IMG/VR virus record: IMGVR_UViG_3300025888_000280
Location: 1-25,033 of that record
Length of the DNA stretch: 25,033 nucleotides
Source: a virus
Lineage: Duplodnaviria > Caudoviricetes
Strand: one strand, 5' to 3'
Shown here: positions 19,870-25,033 of the stretch, piece by piece
How the letters are laid out: every line of letters starts with the position of its first letter
How positions within the stretch are numbered: position 1 is the stretch's first letter
Program-made: the position numbers and the translations under genes
The notes under the pieces: model-generated
The model's input: the letters and a program-made list of their open reading frames with translations, nothing else
Told to the model about the DNA's origin: nothing
Database searches by the model: none

Positions 19870-19911
19870 AATTATATATTCATTTAAAAATTCGACTTTG
19901 TACACTTTTAC

Positions 19912-20005
19912 AAAAAGCAATTCCTGAGTAACGAACAACCATAACTCAGGAATTAAAAATGAAACAAATTATATCTTTTTACCTGTTGCTGAGGTATATC
20001 TTTCT
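19912..20005 (-). ncRNA. Candidate ~90-nt small RNA or 3' element (element B)
   Basis: TTGATATATA motif at 20010-20019; small hairpin 19980-19996; 11-bp terminator-like stem 19919-19954 with T tail; no ORF. Confidence 0.5.
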
Positions 20006-20050
20006 ATATTATATATCAATTGAAATAAATTGAACTTTATTGGCTCAATG

Positions 20051-20500
20051 TCAAACATTCTCGCCATTTCTAATTTCCTGTATCTTATTATGCCAAATCT
20101 CTCTTAATTTTTCACAATGTTCTTTTTCTTCTTTAGTTCGTCCACGTATAGGATGTTCTAATGCATATTCAATTGCGGTATTATGTAATTTTTTAACAAG
20201 GTTATAATTTTCGTGACTTATATAGTGTTCACCTCTTGGTCTTCCAACGTGTCTTTCTCCTTTAATGTAAGGTCTATAATTATCGTCAGGTCTAATTAAG
20301 CCTTCTAATATTTTTTGTTTCCTAAGTTCACTAAAAACAGATTTTTCATTTCGTATTCTATGATATTCACTCATATCTTCATAATAGATGTCTGTTATCA
20401 TAGGTGATACTTCTACAATTTTAACATATGCTGGATGATGAGACATATTCTTTTTGAAATTGTCTATTATTTTTAAGTAACTGTATAGTCTTAGGTTCAT
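20051..20500 (-). CDS. Hypothetical basic protein with AT-hook-like GRPR
   Basis: 149 aa; RHVGRPRG; AAAATAA leader. Confidence 0.6.
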   Translation of the reverse strand: MNLRLYSYLKIIDNFKKNMSHHPAYVKIVEVSPMITDIYYEDMSEYHRIRNEKSVFSELRKQKILEGLIRPDDNYRPYIKGERHVGRPRGEHYISHENYNLVKKLHNTAIEYALEHPIRGRTKEEKEHCEKLREIWHNKIQEIRNGENV

Positions 20501-20592
20501 AGTCTTGATTTATTATTTTGTTTTCTCGATGAATAATCCGTTATTACAAATATGAGCAATGAGAGTAATAGGGTAAGTGCAAGTAGTGTCAT
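20497..20592 (-). CDS. 31-aa single-TM peptide
   Basis: MTLLALTLLLSLLIFVITDYSSRKQNNKSRL*; starts 8 nt after the upstream stop and ends in an ATGA overlap with the next gene. Confidence 0.65.
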   Translation of the reverse strand: MTLLALTLLLSLLIFVITDYSSRKQNNKSRL

Positions 20593-20600
20593 AGTTTTGA

Positions 20601-20744
20601 TTATAATTTTATTTCAAGTAAAGCGATTTCGTGTTGTACTTGTAAGTCACGTTTTGCTTTAGCAAGATGTGCTTCTATTGCTACCTTTACATCTGCATTT
20701 AGTTTTGCAAAGTCTGCAAGTAATTCTTCTCTTCTGGTTTTCAT
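20601..20744 (-). CDS. Small coiled-coil protein (47 aa; 66 aa if started at 20801)
   Basis: MKTRREELLADFAKL...; start at 20744 supported by a leader shared with the upstream gene. Confidence 0.55.
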   Translation of the reverse strand: MKTRREELLADFAKLNADVKVAIEAHLAKAKRDLQVQHEIALLEIKL

Positions 20745-20800
20745 ATTTTTATATTTTTTTAGTTGTTGTAAGCTTCTGTGTCTATCTGTATCATTGCTCA

Positions 20801-20983
20801 TTATTTCTTTATTATTCTATATACATTGATATATCTATAAATTAAAGATGCCGGCACGTCCCATTTATTCATAACCCAATTTATATTCATATCAAATTGT
20901 ACCATTAGTTGTATGTCATCTAACATATCTAAAAAAGCTTTTACCTCTTCTGGAGGTGTGCAATAAGGTTTTGGTATTTTCAT
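20801..20983 (-). CDS. Small protein, possible HTH
   Basis: 60 aa; NINWVMNKWDVPASLIYRYI resembles a helix-turn-helix. Confidence 0.5.
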   Translation of the reverse strand: MKIPKPYCTPPEEVKAFLDMLDDIQLMVQFDMNINWVMNKWDVPASLIYRYINVYRIIKK

Positions 20984-21063
20984 AGGTTTATATTTTTTTA
21001 GTTGTTTATTTTATTTATACACGATTGTTTTTCTTCAAAGGTGCAGTCGTTGTCGGTATTTCT

Positions 21064-21156
21064 AAAAAGAAAACCCCGAATTCTCCTACGACAAAGGAAT
21101 TCAGGGTTGTTCATACTTATGAAAATTTAGTATATTGTTTACCTGTCGTAGTAGGT
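21064..21156 (-). promoter_or_regulatory. Terminator-like hairpin with upstream partner hairpin (element C)
   Basis: Stem 21072-21083/21097-21108 with T tail; loop complementary to 21144-21151 and 21427-21435. Confidence 0.7.
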
Positions 21157-21166
21157 TTGTGTTTGC

Positions 21167-21427
21167 TTATTCTAATGTCTTTTTATGCTTTTGATTCGTA
21201 TTAATGTTTTTCATATTTATACTTACAATTCCTACAATATCTATAGATTCGTTAAACGGAACTTTATATGTACGATACATTGTATGGTGAGGAACCTTAA
21301 ATGAAATTGGAATGTAAGTAGCATCATCTGTCATATAGATGCATTCTCCTATAACTTTCATTTTGTTAGATTTGAGATAATTGATTGTTGCAATTACTCG
21401 ATTGTCGTGTTTTTCTGCTTTTTTCAT
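21167..21427 (-). CDS. Hypothetical protein
   Basis: 86-aa ORF with A-rich leader and promoter motifs upstream. Confidence 0.55.
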   Translation of the reverse strand: MKKAEKHDNRVIATINYLKSNKMKVIGECIYMTDDATYIPISFKVPHHTMYRTYKVPFNESIDIVGIVSINMKNINTNQKHKKTLE

Positions 21428-21572
21428 TGTCGTAGTTTTAGTTTAGTTTATAGATTATATGTATCAAATCTTCTATTGTTTTCAGATTGCCTGTTAAACT
21501 TGAGTTAATGTATCTAATCTATATAGTATATATTCAAAGTCAAACATCAGCAAATGTGCCGTTAGTGTAAGG

Positions 21573-22082
21573 TTAATTGAGAGTGAATGTAACCTTCATA
21601 TCAATTGTCGGGTCGTATGTCAACATAATCACATCCTTCATAACCTTGTAGTCAGTACTGACACACGTTTCGTTATTCATCCATTTTTTCTCTACTTTAG
21701 GTTTATCAGTCTTCCATCTTTGTGCTCGTTCTCCGAGGTTGAATATTATACAATCTCTGAGACCCGAACTGCTTGGATTTTTGAAATAATTGATATAATA
21801 GATGAAGTCATATCCATTCTGTTTCTTATACTTTAACAGATTGACGAGTTTGTCTACCTGTAATATGTAATCGGGATATGTAGATTCAAAACAATTTCGA
21901 ACTTTCACTTCTACAAGAACTGTCTTCTGATTAGTTAACTTAACAATTGCGTCATAAGCGATGCGCCCTTTAGTGTATTCAACACTTGCAACAGTTGGTA
22001 TATGTGAAAGAAGTCTTGATGTAAGAAACCGTTCATTAATTTCAAATTCTTTCAGTTTCTCGTTCATACCCAGGATATACAT
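21573..22082 (-). CDS. PD-(D/E)XK nuclease-fold protein
   Basis: E..RF, YDAIV..LVEVKVRN catalytic motif. Confidence 0.75.
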   Translation of the reverse strand: MYILGMNEKLKEFEINERFLTSRLLSHIPTVASVEYTKGRIAYDAIVKLTNQKTVLVEVKVRNCFESTYPDYILQVDKLVNLLKYKKQNGYDFIYYINYFKNPSSSGLRDCIIFNLGERAQRWKTDKPKVEKKWMNNETCVSTDYKVMKDVIMLTYDPTIDMKVTFTLN

Positions 22083-22347
22083 TATTTTGCATATCCGAGT
22101 CGAACTCGTTCATTTTAAGTTGGTTGAAGTCTGATTCGGTATTACGCAACAGTACGTCCATATCAAAAAAGTCTTCGTGATTAGTTATAGGTTTAGTGTT
22201 GTTAAGTATTTGATAATTTGGGTTTGACTGTATCAGAACTGTAATAAGACCTTTGTCGTCTATATCAACGTCTGCATCTGCACCTGCTTGTTTCATTAGA
22301 AATATGAAATCATTAACAGAATCTAAAATTGAGGGTTTGGTTTCCAT
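22042..22347 (-). CDS. Hypothetical acidic protein
   Basis: 101 aa; first gene of the leftward block. Confidence 0.6.
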   Translation of the reverse strand: METKPSILDSVNDFIFLMKQAGADADVDIDDKGLITVLIQSNPNYQILNNTKPITNHEDFFDMDVLLRNTESDFNQLKMNEFDSDMQNNVYPGYERETERI

Positions 22348-22511
22348 TCATTTTGGGATAATTTTAGTTGATTGTTATTAGTTTATTGTATTTATCAATG
22401 AACAAAAACCTTCACAAGTACAGTCTATGTAAGTGAATAAATAATATGTAGTAATATATTTTTTTTCCTGAGTGCTTCATAGTCACTACAGGTTTTATTT
22501 TCTTTAAATGC

Positions 22512-22633
22512 AAAGGGAGTCTGTTCGGACTCCCTTTCGTTGTTTATATAAAAAGAAGCGGCATTTCCCGTGTCTCGCTGCGTTCCTTGTGCTAAAAAGG
22601 AATAAAAATGTGGAATAAAAAGGGAAATGCCGC
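22512..22633. other. GC-rich double stem-loop in the divergent intergenic region
   Basis: AAAGGGAGTC/GACTCCCTTT (22512-22537) and GCGGCATTTCCC/GGGAAATGCCGC (22558-22569/22622-22633). Confidence 0.7.
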
Positions 22634-22832
22634 AACTCAAATATCGTAAATATTTTAATTCCAAGCAAATAAATTTAAGAATTTGTTAATGCTTTGATTA
22701 TCAGCGTTATGTATAATGAGTATAAATTACATAACTGCTGTAAAATAGTGTGTATCTGATTGTTATCGAATCGGTGTTGTTTGTTAGATTTACATAACAT
22801 TAATTTTAATTATTCATTTAAATCTTAAAACA

Positions 22833-23255
22833 ATGAAAACAAAAACATCAACAACCAGACAGTTCACTTCAGTAAATGATTGGATTAAATCAAACCCAAG
22901 TGAAGAAGAAACAAAGAAAGTTTTAGAACTGATTAACAAAACAGGTAAAAGAGAACTTAAACAACTTCTTTGGGAAAAACGTAAAGAACTTAACAAATTA
23001 ACAAAGTTTGCAGATCAACTAAAGGAATGGGGGTTTAAAATATCAGATGACACAGCTGCAAAGGATATAGCAGAGAGAATCAAGACTGTTATCAATGAGA
23101 TACAGGAACTTCAAACAGAAATCGGTCCGGTAATCAAACGGATCAAGAAAGTAGAAGAAATTGAAGAAGAATTCAATGTTGAAGAAAACGCCAAAGGTGT
23201 AAAACAAGGTCCAAATGACAAATCTGTTAAAGGACCAAAAGAAACTAAAGAATAA
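22833..23255 (+). CDS. Hypothetical coiled-coil protein, paralogue 1
   Basis: 140 aa; DWIKSNPSEEETKKVLELINK. Confidence 0.8.
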   Translation: MKTKTSTTRQFTSVNDWIKSNPSEEETKKVLELINKTGKRELKQLLWEKRKELNKLTKFADQLKEWGFKISDDTAAKDIAERIKTVINEIQELQTEIGPVIKRIKKVEEIEEEFNVEENAKGVKQGPNDKSVKGPKETKE

Positions 23256-23267
23256 TCAAACATCCAT

Positions 23268-23297
23268 AAAAACCCGGTCTAACACACCGGGTTTTTT
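23268..23297 (+). terminator. Intrinsic terminator
   Basis: AAAAACCCGGT/ACCGGGTTTTT stem with T tail. Confidence 0.85.
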
Positions 23298-23319
23298 GTT
23301 CACATAAACTTATAACATT

Positions 23320-23625
23320 ATGAAACATTATAAAACACTTACAGAATGGCTTCTAAGTAACCCATCAGAGGTTGAAAAAAAGAAGTTAATTAACCTTATT
23401 AATAAAGGTATTACTAATCCTACAAGGAAAGAGATTTATGAATTAGAAAGGTATTACCGTAAACTATCTGTCGGAGAAAATTATATGAAGAAACTTGGTT
23501 ACTCACCAATCAAAGAAACACAAGATAGAATGAAAGAAGTGAAAGTTCAAATTAATAAGTTATCAGAAGGTCTTCCTGCTCCATTACAAAGTGCTAAGAA
23601 GAATGAAGTGGATGAAACCAAGTAG
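23320..23625 (+). CDS. Hypothetical coiled-coil protein, paralogue 2
   Basis: 101 aa; EWLLSNPSEVEKKKLINLINK. Confidence 0.8.
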   Translation: MKHYKTLTEWLLSNPSEVEKKKLINLINKGITNPTRKEIYELERYYRKLSVGENYMKKLGYSPIKETQDRMKEVKVQINKLSEGLPAPLQSAKKNEVDETK

Positions 23626-23644
23626 ATACTAAAGGACTTGGTTT

Positions 23645-23670
23645 AGAGGGCTGGAAACGGCCCTCTTTTT
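23645..23670 (+). terminator. Intrinsic terminator
   Basis: AGAGGGCTG-GAAA-CGGCCCTCT-TTTT, GNRA loop. Confidence 0.85.
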
Positions 23671-23731
23671 ATTTTAACAGCATTTTAACAGCCTAAAATT
23701 TGGTAGTCTCGATTTATTTACGTATATTCAT
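23671..23731 (+). promoter_or_regulatory. Promoter with tandem TTAACA boxes
   Basis: ATTTTAACAGC twice (23671-23692), TTTG at 23699-23702, TATATTCA at 23723; resembles a Bacteroidota -33/-7 layout. Confidence 0.55.
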
Positions 23732-23823
23732 AATACAAAATTGAAATATTAGAAAATAAAAAAATTAGGGCGAAAGCTTAAGGATAAAACTATGTCTATT
23801 ATTAACTAAAAACAATTAAAATT

Positions 23824-24117
23824 ATGAAAAACTATTTAGAAGAATTAGAAGAACAAAGAATTGCATTTGAAAAAACTTTTTGGAATATTGACCTTAATAC
23901 AATACCTAAAGGAGAAGATAGAGATAGAGGGAGAGAAGACGTAGTAACATCAAAATCTTATTTTAATGTAAAAGAATTAATATTTGATTTATGTAGAGAT
24001 ATAGAAGAACTGAGTGAAGATAATATTGAGGAGCGTATTTTTGATATTATAATAGCAAGTTATAAATATGAAAGTCAACGTAGAAGATACTCTGCTAAAA
24101 ATCTTAAAAGGTTTTAG
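23824..24117 (+). CDS. Hypothetical protein
   Basis: 97-aa ORF with A-rich leader and its own terminator. Confidence 0.7.
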   Translation: MKNYLEELEEQRIAFEKTFWNIDLNTIPKGEDRDRGREDVVTSKSYFNVKELIFDLCRDIEELSEDNIEERIFDIIIASYKYESQRRRYSAKNLKRF

Positions 24118-24123
24118 AACAAT

Positions 24124-24156
24124 AAAGGGACTTTATATAAAGTCCCTTTGTTTTTT
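24124..24156 (+). terminator. Intrinsic terminator
   Basis: Perfect palindrome AAAGGGACTTTATATAAAGTCCCTTT (24124-24149) followed by a T run. Confidence 0.8.
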
Positions 24157-24181
24157 AACAAACTTTTAATAGATTTGCTAT

Positions 24182-24625
24182 ATGCCTGCAAAAGGAAGTC
24201 ATTTTAAAAGCGAAGAATCAAAAAGGAAAATAAGCGAAAAACTTAAAGGTAAACCTCCGTGGAATAAAGGCAAAAAGGGTACTGGTGGGTGGAGAAACAA
24301 AAAAGGTTCGATTCCTTGGAATAAAGATGAAACTAAAAAAACAAACAGTAAGTTAAAGAAAATGTCTGATAGGCAGCAAGCCAATGTAACATACAAACTT
24401 GGTAAAAAGGGAAATAAATTATCAGACAAAGAAATTGTACAGTTATACGTACTTGGACAGGCAAGAATGCTATTCTTAATATCTAATGATAAAAATGCTA
24501 AACGACCAGAGGGAATTTATTCATACGGTGAAATTTCACAAATGTTTGGTATATCAATAGCTACTATAAAAAAAATTGCACGTAATGAGAGAAGAAATAT
24601 AGTAACAAAAGATATAAAATTATGA
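24182..24625 (+). CDS. NUMOD3 + HTH DNA-binding protein
   Basis: SEESKRKISEKLKG, PWNK twice, C-terminal SYGEISQMFGISIATIKKI. Confidence 0.75.
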   Translation: MPAKGSHFKSEESKRKISEKLKGKPPWNKGKKGTGGWRNKKGSIPWNKDETKKTNSKLKKMSDRQQANVTYKLGKKGNKLSDKEIVQLYVLGQARMLFLISNDKNAKRPEGIYSYGEISQMFGISIATIKKIARNERRNIVTKDIKL

Positions 24626-24673
24626 GTTGCATAAACTCCTTTTTCTTTTTATATTGCATAAAACTCTGAAAAT

Positions 24674-25033
24674 ATGGAAAATGATGTTGCTAAAAAGATT
24701 GCTGGTGATTTTGAAGTAGAAATTATATCTAACATCAATAATCCAGCATTCTTTGCCGAAGTTTTGAAACATAAGAATGATAAACTTGAAGAACGAGTTC
24801 ACCTAGCATTTTGGACTAAAGTTGAACCTAATGATGCGGTTGCAAAATCTGCTTGTTACTATAAATTAGAAGGTAGTTATATAGGTGCTTTTCAAAGAAT
24901 TCATCAAATACTTTTGGATAAATTTCTTGAAATGTATGGTAAAATAGCCCGGGGAGAAGAAGGTCCAATAAATCGAATTGATGTATTGCATTATCTGCTT
25001 AATAAGTATGATTATGAAAAAGGGGCTTTTTGA
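24674..25033 (+). CDS. Hypothetical protein
   Basis: 119-aa ORF ending at the window edge. Confidence 0.65.
   Translation: MENDVAKKIAGDFEVEIISNINNPAFFAEVLKHKNDKLEERVHLAFWTKVEPNDAVAKSACYYKLEGSYIGAFQRIHQILLDKFLEMYGKIARGEEGPINRIDVLHYLLNKYDYEKGAF

Noticed and set aside
22425-22664. 79-aa ORF
   Set aside because: TTG start and runs through inverted repeats; better explained as non-coding structure
22786-22815. Possible dif (XerCD) site, TTATGTAAAT on the minus strand
   Set aside because: Only a XerD-like arm; no convincing XerC arm at 6-bp spacing
22814-24802. Minus-strand ORFs 22814-22996, 24199-24429 and 24620-24802
   Set aside because: Antisense to Lys-rich plus-strand genes, which produces spurious Phe/Leu-rich frames
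1-25033. CRISPR array, tRNA, DGR, integrase, lysis cassette, stop-codon recoding
   Set aside because: No repeat-spacer array, cloverleaf, reverse transcriptase or TR/VR pair, or recombinase/lysin motif seen; genes are intact in the standard code. Missing functions may lie outside the window

Overview
AT-rich fragment of a tailed dsDNA phage (siphovirus with an HK97-type head). The host is probably Bacteroidota, inferred from A-rich start regions without Shine-Dalgarno sequences, the tail-protein motifs and a Cys-rich lipoprotein. Bases 1-17103 (minus strand) hold a complete morphogenesis module: terS, terL, portal, protease, capsid, neck genes, tail tube, tail chaperone with a -1 frameshift extension missing from the ORF track, short tape measure, tail-tip proteins and an S74-chaperoned fibre. 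Bases 17348-25033 hold a divergent HNH gene, a minimal thymidylate-synthase-fold protein, a lipoprotein, a 403-aa protein with family-A polymerase motifs, a PD-(D/E)XK nuclease and small genes. I saw no integrase, lysis gene, sigma factor, tRNA or CRISPR array. Main observations: (1) three related hairpin RNA elements (19758-21436) whose loops pair with alternative partners, in two cases a copy next to a start codon; (2) a D-x-S-[T/L/I/V] motif recurring across unrelated virion proteins; (3) a GAATATATA promoter-like motif before most gene blocks, with no cognate factor in the window; (4) a second promoter class, TTAACA-N5-TTAACA with a fixed-distance TATAWT. All protein calls come from motif recognition and gene order by eye; no database searches were run.
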